Program-made: the position numbers and the translations under genes
In this document: one piece after another, positions 1-8,332 of the stretch
Position numbering within the stretch: position 1 is the stretch's first letter
Layout of the letters: each line of letters opens with the position of its first letter
Assembly: GCA_964453345.1 (NCBI GenBank)
Contig: CAYVOC010000013.1
Span: forward strand, 1-39,934
DNA from: an uncultured Aquificales bacterium
GTDB taxonomy: Bacteria; Thermosulfidibacterota; Thermosulfidibacteria; Thermosulfidibacterales; Thermosulfidibacteraceae
Length of the DNA: 39,934 bases
Direction: 5' to 3'
The notes under the pieces: model-generated
Seen by the model: only the letters and a program-made list of their open reading frames with translations
The model's database searches: none
Told to the model about the DNA's origin: nothing

Positions 1-9
1 GACCCTCAT
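1..9 (-). CDS. possible 5' end of a gene continuing beyond the left edge (M-R-V...)
   Basis: ATG AGG GTC on the minus strand, just downstream of a TTGACA-N18-TAGCCT promoter-like element; only 3 codons visible. Confidence 0.3.
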
Positions 10-17
10 CCCACCAA

Positions 18-47
18 AGGCTATTCCCCATCCAACCAGATTGTCAA
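18..47 (-). promoter_or_regulatory. putative sigma-70 promoter
   Basis: Perfect -35 TTGACA (47-42), 18-nt spacer, -10 TAGCCT (23-18). Confidence 0.45.
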
Positions 48-99
48 GAAAGCCCGAACCCAAGAGAACAACTGCGCTACTCTAATCATCGTTATTGAG

Positions 100-1056
100 C
101 TAAAATGGAGATTTCCTGTATAGGGTGTATATGAACCTTGCCCTTATTCTGAGTTCCTTCTCCTCCCAGTCCTTGGGGAATGGACCGAAGGGAGCCGCGG
201 CTATGATGGCGTTTACGGCGGCCTTATCGAGAATAGAATACCCCGAAGATTCCAGAACCCTCACCTCCTTCAGGTGTCCATCCCTGGATATGACAAAGAG
301 AATTCTCACAACCCCGGATATTCCCGCCATGGCAGCCTCAGGAGGATAGCGCCACACAAGGTATATTTTGTCCCTTATGTGCTTGAAGTAGGATATGTAT
401 TTTGAAGCTGTTGTATCCAAGGAAATTTCAACGGACTCCCCCTGCCCCATCTGAGGCACTATTTTTCTACTCTCCCTGCTTATGAGCCTGGGATCTATCA
501 GGGGCAGTTTCCTTTTAGGAATCGGCGGCAAAGGAACCCTCACCAGCTTCTGCTTCAACTCCACCTTCGTTTTAGGCGAAACCTTCTTTTTTTTGACAGC
601 CGCCTTGGCAGACTTCGTCGGACCCGCATTTTTTTTACCGACCCTGTTTTTGTTAACCTTGCTTCCCTTACCGGCCCTTTTTTTCGCATGTTTTGTCTGC
701 TTCGCCTTGGTCTGTTTATTTTTTGCCACCACAGGAGCCGGCAACACCTCAAAGGGTGCACCCCATCTCGGCTTCATAACAGGGGAGGATCCCGAAAGCA
801 TTGACTTCTCCTGCTTACCAAGGGGCCCCTTCTTCCTCATGGTGTATTGGGATATGATGGGTGTGTTTTTATCCACGGGCTTCTCAGGCCTTTTGGGTTT
901 GGGAACATCAAGGATCTTAACGTAAACCACCCTTTGCTTCTTCTTAAGTATCTTTGATATGGGATTGGCCCTGCCGGTCAAAAGACCTGAAACAAAAAGC
1001 ACAATAAGATGGATCAAACAGGATATAAAAATAAAAAGAGCTTTTTCAGTCTTCAT
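100..1056 (-). CDS. tonB: energy transducer TonB family protein
   Basis: N-terminal TM helix with SxxxH (ISCLIHL), Lys/Pro-rich linker, TonB_C domain (WRYPPEAAMAGISGVVRILFVISRDG...SSGYSILDKAAVNAI). Confidence 0.85.
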   Translation of the reverse strand: MKTEKALFIFISCLIHLIVLFVSGLLTGRANPISKILKKKQRVVYVKILDVPKPKRPEKPVDKNTPIISQYTMRKKGPLGKQEKSMLSGSSPVMKPRWGAPFEVLPAPVVAKNKQTKAKQTKHAKKRAGKGSKVNKNRVGKKNAGPTKSAKAAVKKKKVSPKTKVELKQKLVRVPLPPIPKRKLPLIDPRLISRESRKIVPQMGQGESVEISLDTTASKYISYFKHIRDKIYLVWRYPPEAAMAGISGVVRILFVISRDGHLKEVRVLESSGYSILDKAAVNAIIAAAPFGPFPKDWEEKELRIRARFIYTLYRKSPF

Positions 1057-2007
1057 TTAGATTCTGCCCTTGGAGTATATGACAAAGATATACACCCCGT
1101 AGGCGATAAGCAAAAGTATCCCCCCAAACCTTCCTATCTTATAATTCCTCCTCATAAGGGGGAATAGAAGCAATCCTAAACCCAGCATGTATGGCATATC
1201 AAATGCGTAAACCCTTCTTTCAACAGCCACCCTGCCGAAGGAAGAGAGAACCCCCAGGATGAAGACTATATTCAGTATGTTGCTTCCCAGAACATTGCCC
1301 ACAGCGATATCATCCTTCCCCTTGAGGGAAGCGGCAAGACTTGATGCAAGCTCAGGCAGAGACGTCCCCAGAGCAACCAGGCTCAGCCCTATAACAACCT
1401 CGCTCACCCCCAAAGCCCTTGCAATCCATATGGCCGACCTTACGAAAACCTCAGAACTGATCAGCAGCATAAGAAGCCCGGCTATGCAGATGAACAGGGC
1501 TCCGGGAAGGCTCGGGAACGATACCTCTTTCACCTCCTCCTCAACCGGCGGACTCTTCTTCACAAGGGCGAAGTATCCGATAAAGATCAAAAGCATTCCC
1601 AGCAAAATCACCCCATCCCCATGTCCGAGAACACCATCCCTCGATAGGAGAAAAACCACCACTGCAGTGAGCATCATGTAGGGATACTCAAAGGAGAAGA
1701 TATCCCTGTTACATTTCACAGGGCTAACCAAAGCCGAAACCCCGAGGATAAGCCCTATGTTGCATATGTTGCTGCCAACAACATTCCCAACGGATATGTC
1801 CGAACTGCCCCTGACAAGCGCAACAAGACTAACAAAAAACTCCGGAAGAGATGTGCCAAGGGCAACTAAGGTGACTCCTATTACCAGTTGACTGACCCCG
1901 AACCTTACAGCTATTCTGTGTGCACCTTCGACAAAATAATTCGCTCCTAAGGCGAGGAAAAAGGAGGACAGCAGCAGAAGAAAAATTCTAAGAACTATAT
2001 CTTGCAT
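1057..2007 (-). CDS. calcium/sodium antiporter (CaCA, YrbG-like)
   Basis: Two alpha-repeats VALGTSLPE...GNV(V/L)GSNI, ~10 TM segments. Confidence 0.93.
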   Translation of the reverse strand: MQDIVLRIFLLLLSSFFLALGANYFVEGAHRIAVRFGVSQLVIGVTLVALGTSLPEFFVSLVALVRGSSDISVGNVVGSNICNIGLILGVSALVSPVKCNRDIFSFEYPYMMLTAVVVFLLSRDGVLGHGDGVILLGMLLIFIGYFALVKKSPPVEEEVKEVSFPSLPGALFICIAGLLMLLISSEVFVRSAIWIARALGVSEVVIGLSLVALGTSLPELASSLAASLKGKDDIAVGNVLGSNILNIVFILGVLSSFGRVAVERRVYAFDMPYMLGLGLLLFPLMRRNYKIGRFGGILLLIAYGVYIFVIYSKGRI

Positions 2008-2018
2008 TTAATTAAGGG

Positions 2019-2450
2019 CTATTCCTCTATTTTTATGATCTCCTTCAACAGAGAAAATAACTTTTTGTGGCGCTTTTCATCCTCAAGTATATCCTCGTAG
2101 AGCCTCTTTGTTTTCTCGTCCCCCTCCTCCTCGCATATCCTTATATGCTCCTCATACATGGATATGGCCTCATCCTCCACCTCTATATCCGCATCAAGCA
2201 TCTGTTGAAAGTCCGTTTTCCAAACAACCTTGCCCACAGCCGTGGACTCCGTTCCTCCCAGCTCAACCACCCTCTTGGAAAACTTCTCCGCATGCTTCAT
2301 CTCTTCAACAGCTATCCTCTCAAGCAGCTCCCTGGCCACAGGATGACTGTCCTTGGGGAATCTGTAATGCTGCCCCATATACTGGAATATCGCCCCCACC
2401 TCCCTTTCTATGGCCTGATTCAGTATGGCGATTATCCTCTCTTTGTTCAT
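2019..2450 (-). CDS. ferritin-like (bacterioferritin-related) di-iron protein
   Basis: Four-helix ferroxidase pattern E..., EEMKH, E..., EDEKRH; RVVELGG motif. Confidence 0.85.
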   Translation of the reverse strand: MNKERIIAILNQAIEREVGAIFQYMGQHYRFPKDSHPVARELLERIAVEEMKHAEKFSKRVVELGGTESTAVGKVVWKTDFQQMLDADIEVEDEAISMYEEHIRICEEEGDEKTKRLYEDILEDEKRHKKLFSLLKEIIKIEE

Positions 2451-3220
2451 CTTAAAACCTCCTCTGGTAAAATCTCCCTCAGTTTGTTCAATATAGCAGA
2501 GGAAGCCGCCACAAGCCAGCCGTCAAGGGGCCTTCTCCCCAGGATCCCCTCAACCACTCCCCCCGCCTCCTCCACCAGAAGTATTCCCGGAGCCACATCC
2601 CAGGGGGACAGGTAGAAATAGACTATGGCATCGTATCTGCCGCAGGCCACATAGGCCAGATCAAGAGCGGCAGAGCCGGTGTGTCGGGATGCAGCTGCGG
2701 CCATAAAGATATTTCTGTATAATTTCACCTGCAGATCTATGAGATCCCTCCCCCTGTAGGGAAGGCCTATGGCCACAAGGGCCCTGCTAATATCCTGGTT
2801 GTCGGACACCCTGATCCTTTCCCCGTTTAGCCAGGCACCCCTGCCGTTTTCCGCCTCAAAAAGCTCCTTCTTTACAGGATCATAGGTGACACCACAGATA
2901 ACATTGCCATCAGAAACGAGGGCTATGTTCACGGCAAAATGGGGATTGCCCCTCAAGAAATTCCTGGTTCCATCGATCGGATCAACAATAATGCACCTAT
3001 CAGGCAAGCTGCCGGAAAAGCTCTCTTCTCCCACCACCGGGAAACCGGCATCGGATAGCAGATCCTTTAGGTAAGATTCCACCTCCTCATCAACCTTGGT
3101 GACGAAATCGCTCTTACCCTTTTCCCTTACCTCAAGGCCCCCACCCCTGAGCAGCTCAAGATAGCGGATCTCAAGCAGTCTCCCCGCTTTAACCGCAGCG
3201 TCCCTCAAAAACCTCAGCAT
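2447..3220 (-). CDS. suhB: inositol monophosphatase family protein (SuhB-like)
   Basis: DFVTKVD, GEE, IVDPIDGTRNF, GSAALDLAYVACG, PWDVAPG motifs. Confidence 0.9.
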   Translation of the reverse strand: MLRFLRDAAVKAGRLLEIRYLELLRGGGLEVREKGKSDFVTKVDEEVESYLKDLLSDAGFPVVGEESFSGSLPDRCIIVDPIDGTRNFLRGNPHFAVNIALVSDGNVICGVTYDPVKKELFEAENGRGAWLNGERIRVSDNQDISRALVAIGLPYRGRDLIDLQVKLYRNIFMAAAASRHTGSAALDLAYVACGRYDAIVYFYLSPWDVAPGILLVEEAGGVVEGILGRRPLDGWLVAASSAILNKLREILPEEVLR

Positions 3221-4716
3221 GACAGCGCCCTCACCCTATACTGTTCCTGATGAAAGCCCGCATTCTCCTGAACCCTTATCTTGACCCCAAGCAACTCCTC
3301 AAGATCCTCCATGGAATCGCTCTCCTCCTCTATCATGAACTTGGCAACATCGGGATGGGCCTCAACAAATATCAGATTTTTCTTCGGATTCAGTGCCCTC
3401 ACCCTCCTTATCTCCCTGAAGATCTCATAGCACACGGTATCAGGCGGCTTGATGTAGCCCCTGCCCCCGCAGTAGGAACAGGATCCGCACAGGCTCTTCA
3501 AAAGGCTCTCCTTGACCCTTTTTCTGGTCATTATCACAAGGCCCAGCTCAGTAAATCCCTGGATATTGGAGGGGAAGCGGTCCTTCTTCAGATGCTCCGA
3601 AAGAACCCTCAAAACCTCCTGCCTGTGCTCCTCACTGCTCATGTCTATGAAATCGATGATTATTATCCCCCCTATGTTCCTGAGCCTTATCTGATGGGCT
3701 ATCTCCTTGGCTGCCTCAAGATTCGTCTGGAATATTGTCTCCTCCAGATTGCTCTTTCCAACAAACTTGCCCGTGTTGACGTCAATCGCAGTCAGGGCCT
3801 CCGTCTCCTCAATCACTATATACCCGCCAGATTTCAGCCAGACCCTTTTGCCCAGCGCCTTCTGTATCTCCTCCTCCACCCCATACCTGTAGAAGATGGG
3901 AAGGGGATCGGAGTAGAGCCTTATCTTATCAACGGCCCTCGGAACGTAGGATCTGGCAAACTCAAGACACTTTTCGTAGGTCCCTTTATCATCGACAACC
4001 ACCTCATCGGTGTCGACCGTGAAAAAGTCCCTTAGCGCCCTCAGCGGCAGATCCAGATCCGCATACAAAAGGCACGGAGCAGAAACCCTTTCCGCCTTCT
4101 TCCTTATACTGTCCCACAGGGACAAAAGATACTCCATATCCGCCCTCAGCTCGTCCTCGCTTTTCCCCTCACTCACGGTCCTCACAATGAAGCCGTAACC
4201 GGACGGCCTTATGGAATCCACTATGCCCTTGAGCCTTTTTCTCTCCTCCGCATCGGTGATCCTGTGGGAAACGCCTATGTGGGTCATGGTGGGCATGAGG
4301 ATGAGATACCTTCCCGGAAGGGTTATGTGGGAGGTGAGCCTCGGTCCCTTGGAACCGAGGGGCTCCTTGGCAACCTGAACTATAACCTCCTGCCCCTCCT
4401 GCAGTATATCCTCTATGGGAACCCCCTTGGGAACCCTTTTGGGAATTTGACCGTCCTCCACCAGATCGGAAAAGTCCTCCGAAAGATCCACCGGAGAGAC
4501 TTCACTCACATAAAGAAAGCCCGCTCTCCCAACCCCTATGTCCACGAAGGCTGCATCCATCCCCGGAAGAACTTTTACCACCCTCCCCTTGTAGATGTTT
4601 CCAGCAATGGTTCTCTCCTTCTTTCTCTCAATGTAAATCTCCGCAAGGCCCACATCCTCGACAATCGCCACCCTCGTTTCCTTGAGATCCACGTTGATCA
4701 GGATTGAGCTACCCAC
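3214..4716 (-). CDS. rng: ribonuclease G (Rne/Rng family)
   Basis: S1 domain GNIYKGRV..VLPGMDAAFVDIG, IDVNTG, RLRNIGGIIIIDFIDM, Zn-link CSYCGGRG; no long RNase E C-terminal tail. Confidence 0.93.
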   Translation of the reverse strand: MGSSILINVDLKETRVAIVEDVGLAEIYIERKKERTIAGNIYKGRVVKVLPGMDAAFVDIGVGRAGFLYVSEVSPVDLSEDFSDLVEDGQIPKRVPKGVPIEDILQEGQEVIVQVAKEPLGSKGPRLTSHITLPGRYLILMPTMTHIGVSHRITDAEERKRLKGIVDSIRPSGYGFIVRTVSEGKSEDELRADMEYLLSLWDSIRKKAERVSAPCLLYADLDLPLRALRDFFTVDTDEVVVDDKGTYEKCLEFARSYVPRAVDKIRLYSDPLPIFYRYGVEEEIQKALGKRVWLKSGGYIVIEETEALTAIDVNTGKFVGKSNLEETIFQTNLEAAKEIAHQIRLRNIGGIIIIDFIDMSSEEHRQEVLRVLSEHLKKDRFPSNIQGFTELGLVIMTRKRVKESLLKSLCGSCSYCGGRGYIKPPDTVCYEIFREIRRVRALNPKKNLIFVEAHPDVAKFMIEEESDSMEDLEELLGVKIRVQENAGFHQEQYRVRALSC

Positions 4717-5167
4717 TCTCTCTGAGCCTCCTGAAAAATCTCCTCATCAATTCCACAGATTTATCCTCCATAACCCCGCCCTTGTAAAGAACCCTGTGAT
4801 TCAGCCGGGGATGCTCAAGGGACCTGAAGAGACTCTCAACGGCCCCAAACTTGGGATCCTTGGCGCCGTAGCACAGATACTCCACGCGCGCCTGAACGAG
4901 AAGACCACAACACATAAGGCACGGCTCAAGGGTCACAAAAATTGAGCACCCCTCAAGCCTCCAGTCCCCAAGCTTAGAAGCAGCCTCTCTGATGGCAAGA
5001 ACCTCGGCATGGGCCGAAGGGTCCTTCAAAGTCTCCTTTAGGTTATGTCCCCTTCCTATGATCAGACCATCCGGGGATACAACAACCGCGCCTACCGGGA
5101 CCTCGCCCCTATCGAAGGCCTTCTCCGCTTCCCTCAGGGCTTCCTCCATAAAGTATAGCTCGTCCAC
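4709..5167 (-). CDS. tadA: tRNA adenosine(34) deaminase TadA
   Basis: GEVPVGAVVV, HAE, TLEPCLMC, GAKDPKFGA, LNHR motifs; GTG start. Confidence 0.92.
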   Translation of the reverse strand: MDELYFMEEALREAEKAFDRGEVPVGAVVVSPDGLIIGRGHNLKETLKDPSAHAEVLAIREAASKLGDWRLEGCSIFVTLEPCLMCCGLLVQARVEYLCYGAKDPKFGAVESLFRSLEHPRLNHRVLYKGGVMEDKSVELMRRFFRRLRESG

Positions 5168-5182
5168 CTATCAACCCCTGCA

Positions 5183-7366
5183 TTAAACGAGCCTGTCAAC
5201 GGCAGCAAGCGGATCCAGCAAAGCCCCACTCACAGCCTCATAGGACCGCCCTCCAGAGAAAGCTGCGCTTCCTCTGTAAAGCCCCCTTCCTCCCCTCTCT
5301 CCTTGATGATCCCCCTTTGAATTCCCGCCTCCAGAGTGCTGAAAGGAGAGGTTCACATAGGAGAATCCCCTCTCATGAAGATTGTTCTTCAGATCCGGAA
5401 GGGTTCTGAACATGGACACAGCACCGGAGTAGTCCGAATCGCTAACATGGAAAACCACCCTGACCGAGTGATCACCAACGGTTGATATCCTGATCTTTTT
5501 AAGAAGATCATCATCCAGCTCCACCACAGCATGGCTAACAGTGTGATTGGTCTTGGCGCCATCGCCAAGATTCCTGGCATCAAACTTGGCGGATAATCTG
5601 GCCGTTTCTCCCCTCTCCGCCCCGGCAGAAGCCCTGCCCGAAGCCAAAGCCCCCCTATCTCCCACCAAAGCCTCCCTACCAAACGGATGCTCCCCGCCTT
5701 TGGCCTTCACAGCCTCTTTCAACTCTATCCTTTCCTTAGCCACTTTCTTCTTCTTTCCTTCAGAGACCCCAGCCCCAAGCAGCTTCACTATCTCATTGCC
5801 CTCATTCCCATCCCTCTTAATCCCAAGCAGCTTTACTATCTCATTCGCCCTACCACGCGGATGCTCCACGCCTTCAGCCTTCGCAATTCTCTCCAGCTCT
5901 ATCCTTTCCTCAGTAACTTCCTTTCTCTTCGTTCCCTCAAAGATATTACCTTCAAAAATATTAGCCGATCTCTCACCTGCTCTAACATCCACGCCTTTAT
6001 CAAAGGAAACGCCTTGTTTTTCCATCCCAGTATCCACAGGGAACTTCTCCTTCTTCCCGATCCAGCTCACTTTAAAACCGTTCTCATCCTTCTTTGAAAC
6101 CACCGAATCCGGCTTTGGCTCCACATTTTTGACCTTCACATCTTCTTCTGTAATCTTGCTGTTTTTCACCACAGTTTTTGCAATATCAGATTCTCTCTGG
6201 ACAACCCTTTTTACACCATCCTTCGGTCCTTTCTCGCTCCTTGCTCCTTTCATCACATGCTGTTTCACCTTCACCAGTTCCGTTTTACCGTTATTCGCAT
6301 TTTTGTGCAGTTCTTCTTTTTCCGTTTTCAACGCCTCAATCCTATCCTGCGAAATTCTTTTCAATTTAACTTTTTCAACAACTGTATCGTCAGACTTCCT
6401 CAACACATCAGCTCTGCCTGCAGCCTTGGGTTCGTCTATGCGCCTTTCCTCACTCTTCTCTTCAGTAATGAGCTGCAAATTACCTGTCTGCTCACTGTTT
6501 TCTTCAAATTCTACAGTTCTATCGTCAACGTTCTCAGTTGCTTCAGGCTTCGACAATTTGCTATAGTCAAAGTCATCTATCCTCTCCTGCAACTCCTCCA
6601 TCTTTCCACGATTAATCAGATTTGCATCAGATCCGTAAAAGCTGGGATCTTGCATGGGATCTTGCACTTCAGTTTCGGTATCACTGTCCGTCGGCTCCTT
6701 TTCAAACTGTTTCCCCACAATCAGACTCAATATCTCGAAAATCTGCGATTCCCTTCCGTTTTGCCCCGTATCCTTTGTCTTTTTCTCCACATCCTCTTTA
6801 TCTTCAGAATCCCCCTTCGCCCTTTTCTCCACCTGCCTGTCCAGCAACTTCAACAGGTCTATTTCAACCCCTTTGCCTCCAGGCTCTTTCAAATCTTCTC
6901 TATCTTTCAGATTGTTTATCAATCTAAGAATCTCACCAAGATTTACGCTCGCATCGGAACCTTTACAGTCTTCAACCGAACCAGATAGCAACGCTACAAC
7001 ATCTGGAATGACGCCGCCATCGGAACGCTTACAGTCCTCAACCGAACCCTCAGGCAATTCCACAGTATCCGTATCTGCCTCATCTTCGGTGAAGTATTTG
7101 AAAATCTCCTCAACTACCTTGGCAACTCCAGATTTATCATTATCCGCATCCTTAGCTACAACAAGCCTGCGGTCGAAATTCCTAAAGGCCTCAGCCTTCT
7201 CTTCATTACCTACCTCGTCAGGTTTCCGAACATTTCTGTCGATTATAAGCTTCAATATCCTTGCGAAATCCCCATCAAGCCTGGAGGACAGAAGGCGAGA
7301 TATGCTGTTAGGAAGGCTCTCTCCCTTAACGCCAAGGGCGATCCCCAAAAGCTCCCCAAAGTTCAT
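5183..7366 (-). CDS. fliK: probable flagellar hook-length control protein FliK (long, divergent)
   Basis: Position after fliJ and the MotE/YlxF-like gene; long charged low-complexity body; C-terminal T3S4-like alpha/beta domain (VVELDDDLLKKIRISTVGDHSVRVVFHV...LPDLKNNLHERGF) and terminal VDRLV. Confidence 0.7.
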   Translation of the reverse strand: MNFGELLGIALGVKGESLPNSISRLLSSRLDGDFARILKLIIDRNVRKPDEVGNEEKAEAFRNFDRRLVVAKDADNDKSGVAKVVEEIFKYFTEDEADTDTVELPEGSVEDCKRSDGGVIPDVVALLSGSVEDCKGSDASVNLGEILRLINNLKDREDLKEPGGKGVEIDLLKLLDRQVEKRAKGDSEDKEDVEKKTKDTGQNGRESQIFEILSLIVGKQFEKEPTDSDTETEVQDPMQDPSFYGSDANLINRGKMEELQERIDDFDYSKLSKPEATENVDDRTVEFEENSEQTGNLQLITEEKSEERRIDEPKAAGRADVLRKSDDTVVEKVKLKRISQDRIEALKTEKEELHKNANNGKTELVKVKQHVMKGARSEKGPKDGVKRVVQRESDIAKTVVKNSKITEEDVKVKNVEPKPDSVVSKKDENGFKVSWIGKKEKFPVDTGMEKQGVSFDKGVDVRAGERSANIFEGNIFEGTKRKEVTEERIELERIAKAEGVEHPRGRANEIVKLLGIKRDGNEGNEIVKLLGAGVSEGKKKKVAKERIELKEAVKAKGGEHPFGREALVGDRGALASGRASAGAERGETARLSAKFDARNLGDGAKTNHTVSHAVVELDDDLLKKIRISTVGDHSVRVVFHVSDSDYSGAVSMFRTLPDLKNNLHERGFSYVNLSFQHSGGGNSKGDHQGERGGRGLYRGSAAFSGGRSYEAVSGALLDPLAAVDRLV
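5674..5962 (-). repeat. nested in-frame duplications inside fliK
   Basis: 174-nt-period repeat (KEVTEERIELERIAKAEGVEHPRGR / KKVAKERIELKEAVKAKGGEHPFGR); inner 24-nt repeat at 5774-5797 and 5822-5845 (NEIVKLLG x2, 23/24 identical); NIFEG x2. Confidence 0.85.
6952..7048 (-). repeat. 31-nt direct repeat with 66-nt period inside fliK
   Basis: 6952-6982 and 7018-7048, 28/31 identical, encoding GSVEDCK(R/G)SD twice. Confidence 0.85.
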
Positions 7367-7920
7367 TGTGACTCCTTCATATACTTGCTCACCTGGGCCG
7401 CTTTGGCCGGATCCATATAGCCCAGTATCTTTGAAGCCACCTCCGCTTCCATATTTAGCAAAATCTTTGCCACATCCTGGGGCGGCATGTTGTTGAAGAT
7501 GTTGGCAGCCTTGGAAGCCCTCATGGCCGCATAGTATTCTGCAAGCCTTGCGTATTTCTCAGCGGAGGCCTCCTCCGATTTCTTTTTCTTCTCCTCCTTT
7601 TTCTTGCAGATCTGCTCAAGCCTCTTTCTCTCCTCCTCCACCTGCTTCTTCTCCCGATCTATCTGCTCCTTCATCCTCTTCACATTAGCCTCTATCCTGC
7701 GCTTTTCCGCCAGAAGGGCCTCTATCTCCTTCTTTACCGCATACATCTCCTCAATCTGGGAATCCAAAGAATTCCTGAGAACATCAAGGATTTTCACAAG
7801 CTCCCTGTTCGCAAGCTTCTCCCTCTTCAAGGACTCCGCCAGATCAAGGGCGCTCCCCTTCTGGGCCGCATAGGAGCAGCTGAAAAGAAGCAAAACCAGC
7901 ACAGCCCTAATCAGCCACAT
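7363..7920 (-). CDS. MotE/FlbB/YlxF-like flagellar motor accessory protein (coiled coil + MgtE_N-like domain)
   Basis: Signal peptide/possible lipobox (LLLFSC), long coiled coil, C-terminal LAEYYAAMRASKAANIFNNM...ASKILGYMDPAKAA; ATG at 7920 has SD AGGAGAGGGAG; located between fliJ and fliK. Confidence 0.8.
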   Translation of the reverse strand: MWLIRAVLVLLLFSCSYAAQKGSALDLAESLKREKLANRELVKILDVLRNSLDSQIEEMYAVKKEIEALLAEKRRIEANVKRMKEQIDREKKQVEEERKRLEQICKKKEEKKKKSEEASAEKYARLAEYYAAMRASKAANIFNNMPPQDVAKILLNMEAEVASKILGYMDPAKAAQVSKYMKESQ

Positions 7921-8332
7921 CGCTCCCTCTCCTCGAAGCGAAATCATCCAGAAAGGCTATCTCCTTTTTGAGCATCTCCCTGCGAAACTCCTCCCCCTTC
8001 TTCTCCTTTAGCTTTTCCAGTATCCTGACCTGCTTCTGATGCTCCACAAGCTCCGAAAGCACCCTCTCCCTCAGCTCGTAAAGCTCCTTCTTTCTGGCGA
8101 GAAGCTCCTTCTCCCTCCTTCTCAGAAACTCGGCGGTATCAAAGATTCTGCCAAGATCCCCAAAGCTGGCCACACCCTCAGGATAATCCAGTTCCCTCAG
8201 GGACCGGTAAACACCCTCAAGCTCCGCCTCCACAGCCCTTATTTGGGAATCCACATAGCCAAGCTCCGCCTTTTTGGCATCCCTGAGCTTTCTCCTCAAT
8301 TGCAGTATCTTCTCAAGCCTGAACCTGAACAT
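7907..8332 (-). CDS. fliJ: flagellar export protein FliJ
   Basis: MFRFRLEKILQLR N-terminus, coiled coil, LEKLKEK...LDD C-terminus, directly after fliI. Confidence 0.88.
   Translation of the reverse strand: MFRFRLEKILQLRRKLRDAKKAELGYVDSQIRAVEAELEGVYRSLRELDYPEGVASFGDLGRIFDTAEFLRRREKELLARKKELYELRERVLSELVEHQKQVRILEKLKEKKGEEFRREMLKKEIAFLDDFASRRGSDVAD

Noticed and set aside
587-636. Two A8 tracts in tonB as phase-variation or frameshift sites
   Set aside because: They are Lys codon runs in a Lys-rich linker; frame intact and tracts short.
3208-3219. Cys-TGA end of rng as a possible Sec site
   Set aside because: Explained by overlap with the suhB start (ATGCTGA); no convincing SECIS-like hairpin and no Sec precedent I know of for RNase G.
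5674-7048. fliK direct repeats as a CRISPR array or mobile-element ends
   Set aside because: Only two copies each, in-frame within a CDS, different sequences, no cas or transposase genes.
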